A DNA stretch of 64,000 nucleotides from Clostridiales bacterium UBA7568 (lineage in GTDB: Bacteria; Bacillota; Clostridia; Oscillospirales; CAG-272). The translations under genes were made by a program, and so were the position numbers. The first letter of the stretch is position 1; each line of letters opens with the position of its first letter. The notes under the pieces are model-generated. The model did no database searches. It saw only the letters and a list, made by a program, of their open reading frames with translations, and was not told where the DNA came from. Positions 9,596 through 20,439 of the stretch are shown here, piece after piece. Location of the stretch: the NCBI GenBank assembly GCA_002479075.1, contig DLLG01000017.1:60198-124197 (forward strand), read 5' to 3'.

Positions 9596-10048
9596 CTACG
9601 ATCTTTCTTCAATAATTTCTTCAATTATCTCCGCCGCGCGTCTTATCAGTCCGAGACAAGGGCGGCTATTATAAAATTCTTCCGTCCGCTCGGAGGGCTC
9701 GCCGCCGATTTCCGCTTCCCCGCCGAGAAGCTCACGACAGATATACGTGCCGTCCTTCTCGGAAAAGCGGCGCATAAATTCGCGGACGAGCGCATAATGC
9801 TCCGATTTTGCGGCTGTGTCGCCGATGTCATCGTAGCCGTAAAGCCTACCGAGCACAATACAGCCCCCGCTGACCGCCCCGCATACTTCCCTGTTTCTTC
9901 CGAAACCCGCTCCGAAAGGCGATGCGATCTTCATCAGCTCGCTTTCGCTCCTTCCCGTAACATCCGAAAATGCGGCGGCAACCGCCTGCGAGCAGTTGCA
10001 GCCGCGTCTGAACAGCATCTCCGCTTTTGCTCCGTGACCTTTCTCCAT
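9596..10048 (-). CDS. C_GCAxxG_C_C family protein
   Basis: Motif GCNCSQAV near the N-terminus and a C-terminal Cys pair (YICRELL...RPCLG). Confidence 0.8.
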   Translation of the reverse strand: MEKGHGAKAEMLFRRGCNCSQAVAAAFSDVTGRSESELMKIASPFGAGFGRNREVCGAVSGGCIVLGRLYGYDDIGDTAAKSEHYALVREFMRRFSEKDGTYICRELLGGEAEIGGEPSERTEEFYNSRPCLGLIRRAAEIIEEIIEERS

Positions 10049-10060
10049 TTTGTTACCTCT

Positions 10061-11284
10061 TTATATGACCTGAAACAGATAAAATTTCAGATAATCCGTT
10101 TCGGGAACGGAGAGAAGCGTCGGGTGATCGGGCGACTGACGTCTCGCCTCTATGAGCTTGAGCGAAACGTCCGCGTCCGCCGCCGCGCTTTCAAGCATAC
10201 GGACAAAGAGCCTGTTGTCCATAAAATGCGAGCAGGAGCAGGTTGCAAGATAGCCTCCGCGGGGGAGAAGCTTCATCGCGCGGTAGTTAATTTCCTTATA
10301 TCCCCGCTCTGCGCCGGAGATTGTTTTTCTGCTCTTTGTGAACGCCGGCGGGTCAAGGATTATCATATCGTAATCCGCACGACTTTCGCAGAGCGACGGC
10401 AAAAGATCGAAAACGTCCGTGCAGAGAAAATCCATTCTGCCGTCAAGACCATTCCTTGCAGCGTTCGCCTTCGCCATTTCGATCGCCTGCGACGAAACAT
10501 CGACAGCCGTCACGTGTGCCGCCCCGCCCATAGCTGCGTTGAGCGCAAACGAGCCGGTATGAGTAAAGCAGTCAAGAACTTTTTTCCCTTTTGCAATCTT
10601 TGAGACCGCAAGCCGGTTGTATTTCTGATCGAGGAAAAAGCCCGTTTTCTGCCCGTTCTCAACGTCAACCTTGTATATTATTCCGTTTTCTTTTATCTCT
10701 GTGACAGGCGATGAGACGTGCGGCGCAAAATCTCTTTCGTACCAGCCCTTATATTCTTCAAGCCCTTCGAGCTCCCTTATCGCAACGTCGTTGCGCTCGA
10801 ATATTCCCGAAAACTTCATATTTCTGCGCAGAAGCTCGCCGATGAGCGCGCGGAAAATCATATCTTTTCTCATCTCGATTCCGTACGAAAGGACCTGAAC
10901 GGATACGATACCGTCGTAATAATCGACGGTCAGCCCCGGAATTCCGTCCGCCTCGCCGAAGATGAGCCTGCTTGCGGAAATGTCCTCTCCCATAACGGTC
11001 GCCCTGTAATCCAGCGCATACGAAATGCGACGGGTAAAAAACGCCTCGTCGAGACGGTCGTTTGCGTTTCTTGTCAGAAGTCTTATTCTTATCTTGCTCT
11101 TCTCGCTGTATATTCCCGTACCGAGGTATGAGCCCTTCTGCGATATAACATCGACGGCGGAGCCGTTTTCAACATTCTCTCCCGCCGTAATTTCCTCTCC
11201 GTAGACCCAAGGATGTCCCGCCTTTATCGATATTTCCGCCTTTTTGGTGACTGTAAAGCGCGGATAAATTCTTTCCTGTTTCAT
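10061..11284 (-). CDS. Class I SAM-dependent rRNA methyltransferase (RlmI-like, PUA + MTase)
   Basis: Start moved to MKQERIYPRF. PUA-like N-terminus (GHPWVY). SAM motif VLDCFTHTGSFAL. Catalytic DPPAF. Confidence 0.8.
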   Translation of the reverse strand: MKQERIYPRFTVTKKAEISIKAGHPWVYGEEITAGENVENGSAVDVISQKGSYLGTGIYSEKSKIRIRLLTRNANDRLDEAFFTRRISYALDYRATVMGEDISASRLIFGEADGIPGLTVDYYDGIVSVQVLSYGIEMRKDMIFRALIGELLRRNMKFSGIFERNDVAIRELEGLEEYKGWYERDFAPHVSSPVTEIKENGIIYKVDVENGQKTGFFLDQKYNRLAVSKIAKGKKVLDCFTHTGSFALNAAMGGAAHVTAVDVSSQAIEMAKANAARNGLDGRMDFLCTDVFDLLPSLCESRADYDMIILDPPAFTKSRKTISGAERGYKEINYRAMKLLPRGGYLATCSCSHFMDNRLFVRMLESAAADADVSLKLIEARRQSPDHPTLLSVPETDYLKFYLFQVI

Positions 11285-11486
11285 CTGATTTTTATTCCTT
11301 AAACAAAATGATACAAATATTTTACTATTGTTCGATGATTTTTGCAATAGTTATTTGGTATATTGTTTTTTAGTCATTATTACTATTGTAAAAAAGAAAT
11401 TTTTATGAGATAATGATAATGGTTTTTTATGCGGACGACTTTCCGTATGAAAAACCCGAAGAAAAATTTGTTTTTCGGAGATAGAA

Positions 11487-13184
11487 ATGAACAAAAAGAA
11501 CCTGAACAATTTTGTATATAACGTGCCCGAAATATCGAGCATCCGCGACCTTTGCGACGGAAGCTGCGAGAGCTTTTCGGAGAACACGGCTTTTGTTTTC
11601 AGAGAAGGCGAAGGCGTGCGCGAGGTAACCTACGGCGAGGTCTATGACAACATAAAGTCGTTTTCCTCGTATCTCGGCAGTCTCGGCCTCGAAGGCAAAA
11701 AAATCGCCGTTCTGGGAAAGAACTGCTATGAATGGGCACTGACGTATCTGACCGTCTGCGCAGGAGTCGGAATAATCGTTCCGATTGATAAGGACCTGAG
11801 CGCAGGGGACGTAAAATATCTGATGGAGGATTCGGAGACGGCGGCTGTCGTCTTTATGGCGGGTAGCGAAGGAAAGCTCGCCGAGATAAATGACGGGGTT
11901 ATAAAGCTGCCGGCGTCCGAAATGGAAAAATACATTGCGGAGGGCGAAAAGCTCCGCTCGGAGGGCGATCTGACATACGAAAATCACAAAGTCGACCCCT
12001 ATTCCCTCGGAATTCTGCTCTACACCTCCGGCACGACGGGTGTTTCAAAGGGCGTTATGCTCTCGCAGAACAACATCTGCTCGAACATTGTTCACGTTGC
12101 GAGAAGAACCGCCGTCCACCCCTATGACAGAGCGCTTTCCGTCCTTCCTCTGCATCATACATACGAATGTATGGCAGGTTTTCTCTCGTTCTTCTATGCA
12201 GGAGCAAGCATAGCATATAACAATTCTCTCCGCCAGCTTCAGGCTGACTTTGTGCTCTTTAGGCCGACGGTGTTCGTTGCGGTGCCGGTGCTGCTTGAAA
12301 AGCTGTATTCGATGATCGTCAAAAAGTATGCAAAGATGAAAGGCGGCAAAACGGTTCTCGCCGTTCAGAGATCGCTTTCAAAGCTTGTCTCGAAGGGCGA
12401 GGCGCAGAGAAAAATATTCGCAACAGTCAACGCCTCTCTCGGCGGCAGGCTGAACAGAATTCTCTGCGGCGCGGCGGCGCTTTCACCCGAGGCTTATCAC
12501 GGCTATGAAAGCTTCGGATACCGCGTTTACGTCGGCTACGGGCTGACCGAAACCTCCCCCGTCTGCATAATGCATCACGACGGCTACACAAGTCCGGATG
12601 ACATCGGTTATCCGCTTGTCGGAGTAAACGTAAAGATTGTCGAGCCGAACGCCGAAGGCATAGGCGAGCTTGCGGTAAAGGGACCGAACGTTATGCTCGG
12701 TTATTACAAAAACCCGCAGTCGACGGCGGAGGTGCTCCGCGGCGGCTGGTTTTATACGGGCGACCTTGCAAAACGCCTTGAAAACGGCGCGTATAAAATA
12801 ATGGGAAGAATAAAGAGTATGATAGTGCTCGAAAACGGCAAAAAGGTCTTTCCAGAGGAAATCGAGCATTACCTGAATGAAAGCAAATTCGTTTCGGAGA
12901 GCTTTGTTTTCGGAAAAGAAACTGACGGGACGACAGTCGTCACGGCTTCGATAATTCCCGATAAGGAAGCGATCGATGAAGAGTTGAAAAAATCCGGAGA
13001 GCTGACGGACGAAGAACGAGAGAACAGAATAAAAGCGATTGTCACCTCCGTCGTTTCCGAAGTAAACGGAAAATTCGCCGCATACAAAGCGGTAAAGAGG
13101 GTAATCATCCGCAAGAGCGACTTTATAAAAACAACGACGCAGAAAATCAAGCGTCTTGAAGAAAAAAACAAGGAAGAGGAGTAA
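11487..13184 (+). CDS. Long-chain fatty-acid--CoA ligase (AMP-binding enzyme)
   Basis: AMP-binding signature LLYTSGTTGVSKGVMLS, plus GYGLTE and TGD motifs. Confidence 0.88.
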   Translation: MNKKNLNNFVYNVPEISSIRDLCDGSCESFSENTAFVFREGEGVREVTYGEVYDNIKSFSSYLGSLGLEGKKIAVLGKNCYEWALTYLTVCAGVGIIVPIDKDLSAGDVKYLMEDSETAAVVFMAGSEGKLAEINDGVIKLPASEMEKYIAEGEKLRSEGDLTYENHKVDPYSLGILLYTSGTTGVSKGVMLSQNNICSNIVHVARRTAVHPYDRALSVLPLHHTYECMAGFLSFFYAGASIAYNNSLRQLQADFVLFRPTVFVAVPVLLEKLYSMIVKKYAKMKGGKTVLAVQRSLSKLVSKGEAQRKIFATVNASLGGRLNRILCGAAALSPEAYHGYESFGYRVYVGYGLTETSPVCIMHHDGYTSPDDIGYPLVGVNVKIVEPNAEGIGELAVKGPNVMLGYYKNPQSTAEVLRGGWFYTGDLAKRLENGAYKIMGRIKSMIVLENGKKVFPEEIEHYLNESKFVSESFVFGKETDGTTVVTASIIPDKEAIDEELKKSGELTDEERENRIKAIVTSVVSEVNGKFAAYKAVKRVIIRKSDFIKTTTQKIKRLEEKNKEEE

Positions 13185-13191
13185 TCGGAGA

Positions 13192-13356
13192 ATGAAAAAA
13201 CAGCTGACATCAAAGAAAAAATGTACCCTTTGGATAACCGCCCTGCTGGGACTTGCGGCGGTTATATGCGGAATCGTCACGATCGTCAACTATTTCACAA
13301 AAACCCTGTTTGACCTCATCTCAAACGGAGACCTTGAAATCGACGACGAGGACTGA
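13192..13356 (+). CDS. Small single-pass membrane protein (hypothetical)
   Basis: The ATG at 13192 follows ggag. One TM segment (LWITALLGLAAVICGIVTIV) and an acidic tail. No recognisable family. Confidence 0.35.
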   Translation: MKKQLTSKKKCTLWITALLGLAAVICGIVTIVNYFTKTLFDLISNGDLEIDDED

Positions 13357-13401
13357 CACATAAAAAACAAAAATATCATCTTTTAAGGAGCAAAAATCCA
13401 G

Positions 13402-14790
13402 ATGGAAAAATTCGATGTTTGTATAATCGGCGCCGGCATAGGCGGACTTATGGCGGCTTATAAGCTCAAGGCTCACAACCCCGGAACAAGCGTTGTCATA
13501 GTTGAAAAGGGGCAGACTCTCGAAAGAAGAAAATGTCCCGCTTCGGCAGAGCGCGGCTGCGTTCATTGCGGTATCTGCGCAATAACAAACGGCTACGGCG
13601 GCGCAGGCGCAAGAAGCGACGGCAAGCTCAACGTCGGCACGGCATACGGCGGTATTCTCGGAGACGAACTGGGCGAAACGACGGCAATGAAATATATCCG
13701 AGAAGTTGACAGCACCCTTGAGAGCTTTGCGGACGTCATCGACGGCGTTCGCGACTATCCCGAAATGTTTCTCTCAAACGAGGACTTGAAGCTCAAATGC
13801 CTTCAGAACAACCTCCGCCTGCTCGATATGGACGTACGTCACCTCGGCACGGACAGGAACTTCAACATCCTCAAAAACATAATAAAGCACCTCGATAAAG
13901 TCGGCGTTGATATGCGCTCGGGCACAGAAATCGAAAATGTTGAGCACGAGGATGGCAAATGGCACGTCACAGGCAAAAATACAGATATCGAAGCCGAAAA
14001 AATCATAATCGCCGTCGGACGTGTCGGCGCGGGATTTGTATCGAAATTCTGCAATAAATTTGATATAAAAATGAAGACGAACGCCGTTGATATAGGTGTG
14101 CGCGTCGAAATGAAGGACGCTATCTGGCGCGAATTTTCAAGCCGCATTTACGAGCCGAAAATTCTCTGCCGCACAAAGACCTTTGAGGACAAGACGAGAA
14201 TGTTCTGCTTCAATCAGGGCGGTATCGTCAGCGCGGAAAACAACAATGGCATAATCACCGCAAACGGTCACAGCTTCTCCGATAAGAGCAAAAAAACGGA
14301 CAACTGCAACTTCGCAATCCTTTCAAGCATCAATTTTACCGAGCCCTTCAACAAGCCGACGGAATTCGTTGAGTCGATTTCCCGCCTTGCAAACAGCATC
14401 GGCAACGGAAACGTTCTCGTTCAGCGTTTCGGAGATCTTGTCCGCGGAAGAAGAACAAACGACCATCGCCTCGGTCACAGCACCGTCACCCCGACCCTGA
14501 AAGCGACCCCCGGCGACATTTCCCTCGTAATGCCCCACAGAATTCTCACAAACATAATCGATACGATCTATGCCCTTGACAAGGTTGCGCCCGGTACGGC
14601 AAACGACGATACCCTTCTCTACGGTTGCGAAGCGAAGTATTATTCGATCCGCCCCGTTCACCAGCCGAATTTTGAGGTTATGGACGGCGCATATATCATC
14701 GGCGATTGCAGCGGTATCACCCGCGGGCTCTCCCAGGCGGGTGCGATGGGTCTCTTCGTTGCGGACGACATAGCAGGTAAAAACGTATGA
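13402..14790 (+). CDS. FAD-dependent oxidoreductase (COG2509-like)
   Basis: N-terminal dinucleotide fold DVCIIGAGIGGLMAA and a Cys cluster CPASAERGCVHCGIC. Confidence 0.75.
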   Translation: MEKFDVCIIGAGIGGLMAAYKLKAHNPGTSVVIVEKGQTLERRKCPASAERGCVHCGICAITNGYGGAGARSDGKLNVGTAYGGILGDELGETTAMKYIREVDSTLESFADVIDGVRDYPEMFLSNEDLKLKCLQNNLRLLDMDVRHLGTDRNFNILKNIIKHLDKVGVDMRSGTEIENVEHEDGKWHVTGKNTDIEAEKIIIAVGRVGAGFVSKFCNKFDIKMKTNAVDIGVRVEMKDAIWREFSSRIYEPKILCRTKTFEDKTRMFCFNQGGIVSAENNNGIITANGHSFSDKSKKTDNCNFAILSSINFTEPFNKPTEFVESISRLANSIGNGNVLVQRFGDLVRGRRTNDHRLGHSTVTPTLKATPGDISLVMPHRILTNIIDTIYALDKVAPGTANDDTLLYGCEAKYYSIRPVHQPNFEVMDGAYIIGDCSGITRGLSQAGAMGLFVADDIAGKNV

Positions 14791-15473
14791 TAAAAAACGT
14801 TCTCTTCGATCTTGACGATACTATCCTTGATTTCGGAAAAGCCGAAAGAGATGCTCTGTCGCGAGCGTTTATCGAAAAAGACATTGAGCCGACAGACGAG
14901 CTTCTTTCGCGTTACAGCGTTATAAACGAGGAACACTGGAAGCGTCTCGAAAGAGAGGAAATCTCCCGGGACGAGGTCAAATACGGCAGGTTCCGCCAGC
15001 TCTTTGACGAATACGGAATAACCACCTCGCCCATAGAGACAGCCGACCTGTACGAGGATTTTTTAAGCCACGGACATTACTTTATCGACGGTGCGGAAGC
15101 GCTTCTCTCCTCCCTCTCCGAAAAATATCGGCTGTATCTCGTTTCAAACGGGACATACAGCGTTCAGGAGGGCAGGCTCGCAAGCTCCGGAATCGAAAAA
15201 TATTTCAAAGGGATTTTCATTTCCGAGAAAGTCGGATGTGAAAAACCCAAAAAAGAATTTTTCGACGTTTGTTTCTCCCATATACCGAATTTTTCAAAGG
15301 AAGAGACCGTCATCATAGGCGACAGCCTGACCTCCGATATGCGCGGCGGCAAAAATGCCGGAATAAAGACAGTATGGTTCAATCGCAAGGGCAAAACGAA
15401 CACTACCGATATGACCTTTGATTCAACCGCAACTTCGCTTTTTGAAATCGAAGATATAATAAAAAATCTGTAA
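14787..15473 (+). CDS. HAD-IA hydrolase, YjjG-type noncanonical pyrimidine nucleotidase
   Basis: Motif I FDLDDT. Motif II LVSNG. Motif IV IGDSLTSD. ATGA-type overlap with the upstream gene. Confidence 0.8.
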   Translation: MIKNVLFDLDDTILDFGKAERDALSRAFIEKDIEPTDELLSRYSVINEEHWKRLEREEISRDEVKYGRFRQLFDEYGITTSPIETADLYEDFLSHGHYFIDGAEALLSSLSEKYRLYLVSNGTYSVQEGRLASSGIEKYFKGIFISEKVGCEKPKKEFFDVCFSHIPNFSKEETVIIGDSLTSDMRGGKNAGIKTVWFNRKGKTNTTDMTFDSTATSLFEIEDIIKNL

Positions 15474-15483
15474 AAAGCAAAAA

Positions 15484-15516
15484 CCCCCGCGTCCGAAACA
15501 GACGCGGGGGATTTTT
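15484..15516 (+). terminator. Rho-independent terminator
   Basis: cccccgcgtc-cgaaaca-gacgcggggg followed by attttt. Confidence 0.8.
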
Positions 15517-15567
15517 GCGCAGAAACAAAAAATCGGCTTCACACAAGGAAAAACCGATTTTATACAT

Positions 15568-16242
15568 TTATATAATTTGCTTTCTCTCCCCAAAAATTCC
15601 GGTGCCTATGCGGATAATATCGGCTCCCTCGGCGAGCGCCTCAGGATAGCTTCCGCTCATACCCATAGAAAGAATTGCATCTCCGGAAAAGTATCTTTCA
15701 TTTTCGGTTTTAAGCCGCGCAAGCAAAGCAAAATAGCCGCGCTTTTCATCAGAGCTGTCCGTCACCGGCGTGACCGCCATAAGCCCGCACAGGCGAAGAT
15801 TTTTCATTTTTGAAATTTCTTCAAGCGCTGCGGAAAGCTCCTCCGGCAAAAATCCGCCCTTCTGCGGTTCTCTTCCGGTGTTCACCTCGCAGAGAATGTC
15901 CGTAACAACGCCGACATTTTCGCTCCTGCGGCTGATCTCCTGCGCAAGCGAAACGGAATCGACGCTTTCGATCATCGAAACCTTGCCGACAAGATATTTG
16001 ACTTTGTTCTTCTGCAACGTCCCGATGAAATGAACCTCCGCCCCCGAAAGGTACGGCTCGTGCGAAAGAAATTCCTGCACGCGGTTCTCGCCGACAAGCG
16101 TCACACCGCAACTGTCAATCACGTACCGTATTTCCTCCGGTGTGCGATTTTTTATAACGGCGCAAAGGCGTGCCTTCGGATAATCCTTCATATCCCCGCG
16201 CACTCTTTCGATATTCGTTTTTATTCTTTCAAAATCGCTCAT
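15568..16242 (-). CDS. yggS: YggS/YlmE family pyridoxal-phosphate homeostasis protein
   Basis: AVIKNR (PLP lysine region), GENRVQE and SMGMSGSYPEALAEGADIIRIG are family hallmarks. Confidence 0.9.
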   Translation of the reverse strand: MSDFERIKTNIERVRGDMKDYPKARLCAVIKNRTPEEIRYVIDSCGVTLVGENRVQEFLSHEPYLSGAEVHFIGTLQKNKVKYLVGKVSMIESVDSVSLAQEISRRSENVGVVTDILCEVNTGREPQKGGFLPEELSAALEEISKMKNLRLCGLMAVTPVTDSSDEKRGYFALLARLKTENERYFSGDAILSMGMSGSYPEALAEGADIIRIGTGIFGERKQII

Positions 16243-17484
16243 TCAGCCCACAATCTTTCCTTCATAAAGATTTGTATCGTCCAGAATCAGAAGATCATTC
16301 AGCGCAATCGGGGCAAACTTGCAGTCGTCTCCGACGTTACCGTCAACAAGATAGCTGCCGTCCCTCTCTCCGAGAATATTCACGGCGCGCACCCTCGCAA
16401 TTCCCTTTTTGAATATATACACGCAGGTCTGCCCGTCGATGACGCGAACGGTTGACGACGGAACCCTGAGCCCCGTGCATTTTCCGCGCAGGATCTTCAT
16501 CTGCTGGAACCTTGTCATATCAAAACCAATCGGTATATAAGACGAGGAAAAACAAAGCACTGCCTCGTTTTTTTCATAATTTATACTCTTGTATAAAAGA
16601 TTTAACGACATTTCCTCCGGACACGAATTTCCGATAAAGCTGCATTTATAGTTTTCGCCGGAATAAAGCCCTTCAGCCTTTTCAAGCGTCGTTTTGCAGA
16701 CAAACTGCCATTTGAAATTCGTGACGATCGCTCCGACGGCATTTGAATATTCGGTCTTTCTCACAGAGGTTATCTCGTCAAAGTTTTCCGTTGTAACGGT
16801 CATTGCAAGAGCAGTTGTCAGCTTGCCCTCGTAGCCGTCACAATACGAAAAGAAATATCCGGAGACATCCGTCGTAACGCTCTCGCCGACCCCGCCGAGC
16901 GACGAAATCAATGCTGCGCGCTCTGTCCGAAGAGCCGCCGCCTCTGAAGAAAAATCGGTCTTTCCCTTTGCCGCAAGCTCGCGACAGTTCATAAGAACGG
17001 AGAGCTCTTCTTTGTGTGCGTTTACCCAGATAAGCTCCCCCTGAGCCGTTTTCGAAGCTATTTCAAGTCTCAGGGCTTCGATTTTTACGTCCAGACTTTC
17101 GACGGTCACGCTCTCGCCGACCTTGCTCTTTTCAAGCACAGAGATCAGAGAGTTTATTGTTTTAAGTCGTTCCTCCGCTTCCGGAGAAGAAACTTCATAA
17201 ACATCGGCGACCGTCGCTCCCGCTTTCATCTTTTCTCCGTCCGAAAAATGACGTTCAACCGTACCGGCAGAGAATGAAAGAATCGGCGCATCATCGCGGA
17301 AGATGTATCCCGAGAAAATTTCGGTATCGTCATAGCTTGCGTAAGTGACGACATAAAGCTGCGTTTCAGGCGCAAAAGCCTTGACGATATGATATATTAT
17401 GTAAACAACGGCGATCAGCGACAGCACCGCGGAAATAATTATTTTCTTTTTCAGCGCCGGATTCCGCTTTTCCACATTATCCAT
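16243..17484 (-). CDS. HlyD-like membrane-anchored coiled-coil / barrel-sandwich protein
   Basis: N-terminal TM segment, a central coiled coil and beta-rich ends. The family call rests on overall architecture only. Confidence 0.5.
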   Translation of the reverse strand: MDNVEKRNPALKKKIIISAVLSLIAVVYIIYHIVKAFAPETQLYVVTYASYDDTEIFSGYIFRDDAPILSFSAGTVERHFSDGEKMKAGATVADVYEVSSPEAEERLKTINSLISVLEKSKVGESVTVESLDVKIEALRLEIASKTAQGELIWVNAHKEELSVLMNCRELAAKGKTDFSSEAAALRTERAALISSLGGVGESVTTDVSGYFFSYCDGYEGKLTTALAMTVTTENFDEITSVRKTEYSNAVGAIVTNFKWQFVCKTTLEKAEGLYSGENYKCSFIGNSCPEEMSLNLLYKSINYEKNEAVLCFSSSYIPIGFDMTRFQQMKILRGKCTGLRVPSSTVRVIDGQTCVYIFKKGIARVRAVNILGERDGSYLVDGNVGDDCKFAPIALNDLLILDDTNLYEGKIVG

Positions 17485-17499
17485 CGCAATCGCCCCCTT

Positions 17500-18432
17500 T
17501 TATTTGTTTATTATCTTCTCCGCCTCGCAGACAAGCGAGCGGAAGTCGCCAAGCCTGTCCGGATAAAGCCAGTTTATGCTCGGATTTCTCCTCAGCCAAG
17601 TCAGCTGACGCTTTGCATAACGCCTTGTTCCGAGCTTGATTTTTTCAACGGCGTCCCCGAGCGAGCAGTCGCCCGCAATATATCCGAGCATTTCCTTATA
17701 ACCTATCGCCTGCCCCGCCGTGCTCTCCGCAGACAAAAGCCCACGGGACACAAGCGAGCGGACTTCTCCTTCAAGCCCCGCTTCGATCATAGCGTCAACG
17801 CGCCTGTTTATACGGTTGTATAACACTTCTCTGTCATCGTAATCAAGCCCGATTATCAAGCTCTCATAAGGAGAATCGGATATTGCCTCTCTGTCGTGCT
17901 CGGTTTTTGTCTTGCCCGTAAGCTCATAAATTTCAATCGCGCGGGCAACTCTGCGAACATTGTTTGGATGTATTTTTTCAGCCGCCTGCGGGTCGATCTC
18001 ACGCAATCTTTCGTGAAGCGCATCTGCGCCGTTTTTCTCGGCAAAGGCGATGAGCTCGCCCCGGAGCTTTTCATCGCTTTCAATCTCACCAAAATCCAGT
18101 CTGCCGAGAACCGTGTCAAGATACAGCCCAGTTCCGCCGCAAAGAACAGCTTTTTTCCCCCGCGACTGTACATCGGCTATGACCTTGTGTGCGCGCTCTG
18201 CAAATTCAGCGGCGGAGAAGTTTTCCGTCGGCTCGCAGATGTCAATCATATGATGACAAACCTCCGCCTGCTCTGCCTTTGTCGGCTTCGCCGTTCCGAT
18301 GTCAAGCCCTCTGTATATCTGCATCGAGTCAAGGGAGATGAGCTCTCCGTCCAGCCTTTTGCAAAGCTCCAGCGCAAGCGCGCTTTTTCCGGAAGCCGTC
18401 GGTCCTGCAACGGCAATAATCTTATCGTTCAT
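17500..18432 (-). CDS. miaA: tRNA dimethylallyltransferase
   Basis: P-loop GPTASGKS, DSMQIYRGLDIGTAKP and RQLTW motifs. Confidence 0.93.
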   Translation of the reverse strand: MNDKIIAVAGPTASGKSALALELCKRLDGELISLDSMQIYRGLDIGTAKPTKAEQAEVCHHMIDICEPTENFSAAEFAERAHKVIADVQSRGKKAVLCGGTGLYLDTVLGRLDFGEIESDEKLRGELIAFAEKNGADALHERLREIDPQAAEKIHPNNVRRVARAIEIYELTGKTKTEHDREAISDSPYESLIIGLDYDDREVLYNRINRRVDAMIEAGLEGEVRSLVSRGLLSAESTAGQAIGYKEMLGYIAGDCSLGDAVEKIKLGTRRYAKRQLTWLRRNPSINWLYPDRLGDFRSLVCEAEKIINK

Positions 18433-18499
18433 TTCAAAATCCTGTTTATATAGCTGTCGTCTGCGTTTTGGGTTTTATACTTCTGTATATAATTCATTA

Positions 18500-19570
18500 T
18501 CACTTGATAAAGCAAGCGTCGCCGAACGAGAAAAATCTGTATTTCTCTTTCACAGCCTCGGCGTAAGCTCTCATTGTAAATTCCTTTCCCGCAAGAGCGG
18601 AAACAAGCATAACAAGCGTGCTCTCGGGCAGATGAAAATTAGTTATAAGGGCGTCTGTTGCCTTGAATTTATAGCCCGGATAAATGAAGATTCCGGTGTC
18701 ATCACACATAGGATGAACAATTCCGTCATCTGTCGATGCGCTTTCAAGCGTTCTGCAAGAGGTCGTTCCGCAGGCGATTATTCTTCCGCCCGCCGCCCTG
18801 GCCGCATTTATAATATCCGCGCTCTCTTCGGTGACCGTGAAAAATTCGCTGTGCATTATGTGATCCTTGATGCTCTCCGCCTTGACGGGGCGGAACGTTC
18901 CGAGACCAACGTGAAGCATTACGGGCGCAATCTTTACGCCCATATCGCGAATCTTTGCAAGAAGCTCCTCCGTAAAATGCAGTCCTGCCGTCGGAGCAGC
19001 CGCCGAGCCGGACTCCTTTGCATAAACGGTCTGATAATCGTTGTTGTTTTTAAGCTCTTCGGTTATATACGGAGGGAGCGGCATTTTGCCGATCCTGTCC
19101 AGTATCGAAAACAGCGATTCCCCGCCGGTACGGTCATAATCGAAGGCAACGATTCTGTTTCCGTCCTCGATTATCTTGTCAATTGTTGCGGTCAGAATTC
19201 CGTCGCCGAAGGAAACCCTTGCCCCCTCGCGCAGTCTCCTGCCGGGGCGCACAAGCACCTCCCAACGGTCAAGCGATCTCTGGCGGAGGAGCAGAAATTC
19301 GCAGGCTGCGCCGCCCTCGCCGAGTTTTTTACCGTATATTCTCGCAGGAATGACCTTCGAATCGTTTATAACAAGGACGTCGCCCGGGCGGAGATACTCC
19401 GTTATGTCGCAGAATATCCTGTGCTCAAGGGTCTGGGTTTCCCTGTCCATAACGAGAAGCCTTGCGGCGTCTCTCGGCTCGCAGGGGTGCTGCGCTATCA
19501 GCTCCGGCGGGAGGTCAAAATTGAAATCCGATGTTTTCAGTTCCGTTTTTGAAAGGTCGTTTTTTATCAT
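18500..19570 (-). CDS. queA: S-adenosylmethionine:tRNA ribosyltransferase-isomerase
   Basis: [19 protein letters not shown] and VGLGTFRPV motifs. Confidence 0.93.
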   Translation of the reverse strand: MIKNDLSKTELKTSDFNFDLPPELIAQHPCEPRDAARLLVMDRETQTLEHRIFCDITEYLRPGDVLVINDSKVIPARIYGKKLGEGGAACEFLLLRQRSLDRWEVLVRPGRRLREGARVSFGDGILTATIDKIIEDGNRIVAFDYDRTGGESLFSILDRIGKMPLPPYITEELKNNNDYQTVYAKESGSAAAPTAGLHFTEELLAKIRDMGVKIAPVMLHVGLGTFRPVKAESIKDHIMHSEFFTVTEESADIINAARAAGGRIIACGTTSCRTLESASTDDGIVHPMCDDTGIFIYPGYKFKATDALITNFHLPESTLVMLVSALAGKEFTMRAYAEAVKEKYRFFSFGDACFIK

Positions 19571-19608
19571 TTTATTTATTCCTTATACGATTGTATAATA
19601 TTCAAAAA

Positions 19609-20439
19609 TCAAATCGACGCCTCGATTTTTTCAATTGCGTCCGCTATCGCCCCGTCCTTTGCGTGGCAGAGACGGACGCCGCATATCTGTTTTACATTGT
19701 CCGTTGCGTTTTCAGGACACATCGCAACATCCGCCGCCCGGAGCATATCGATGTCGTTATCAAAATCGCCCATACAATATAACTTTACATCCGGGTTCGA
19801 TTTTCTGATTTCATCCGTTATATATCTGAGCTGATACGCCTTGCTTATGCCCTTTGGCATAACCTCATAAAGCCAAGAGTTTGACTTTGTGTAGTCATAC
19901 ATAGGAAATTCGTCCCGCAGAATTTCAAATGTGCTTTTCAGCAGGTCTGGGTCTGAGATGAACACCGCCTTGAAATATTTACCCTCGCAGAGCTCGTCAA
20001 AGCTGACCGCCGTCGCAAAGCGATCGAGCTTCGTTCTTTCAAGGCTTTCCTTCATCGCAATGTCGTTTTTGTCATAAATGAAACCACGCTCGCAGGACGT
20101 CCGAAAGCCTATTTTGTCTCCCGCTATCTGCCTTACGCGATTGAAAAGCGGGCGAAGATGCTCTGTTTCGAGATAATGCACATTTTTCATCTCGCGCGTT
20201 CTGACGTCAAAGCAAAATGCTCCGTTGCAGAGAACGCATGGAATGTTCACATAGTTTTCAATCGACGGAATAACGCTGTAAATATCAATGTGGTTGCGAC
20301 CGGAGGAAAATGTGAATTTTCCGCCGTTACCTATAAAATATCTGATTTTTTCAAGGTTGACCGTCGGCAGCGGCTCGCCGTGAAAAATGAACGTTCCGTC
20401 TATATCGGACGCCAGAATTATATTCTCAAATTTTTTCAT
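19609..20439 (-). CDS. Cof-type HAD-IIB hydrolase
   Basis: The start at 20439 forms an ATGA overlap with the rluD stop. Motifs SDIDGTF and GDFDNDIDML. Confidence 0.8.
   Translation of the reverse strand: MKKFENIILASDIDGTFIFHGEPLPTVNLEKIRYFIGNGGKFTFSSGRNHIDIYSVIPSIENYVNIPCVLCNGAFCFDVRTREMKNVHYLETEHLRPLFNRVRQIAGDKIGFRTSCERGFIYDKNDIAMKESLERTKLDRFATAVSFDELCEGKYFKAVFISDPDLLKSTFEILRDEFPMYDYTKSNSWLYEVMPKGISKAYQLRYITDEIRKSNPDVKLYCMGDFDNDIDMLRAADVAMCPENATDNVKQICGVRLCHAKDGAIADAIEKIEASI

Noticed and set aside
18299-19552. 417-aa + strand ORF, and many other 60-270-aa ORFs antisense to annotated genes (for example 9797..10603, 27219..28016, 33635..34501, 57995..58951, 60019..60819).
   Set aside because: These are shadow ORFs opposite strongly supported genes such as queA, rlmI-like and dacB. 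They are Arg/Ser/Pro/Cys-rich, have no RBS and show no family motifs. Open antisense frames like these are typical of GC-rich coding DNA.
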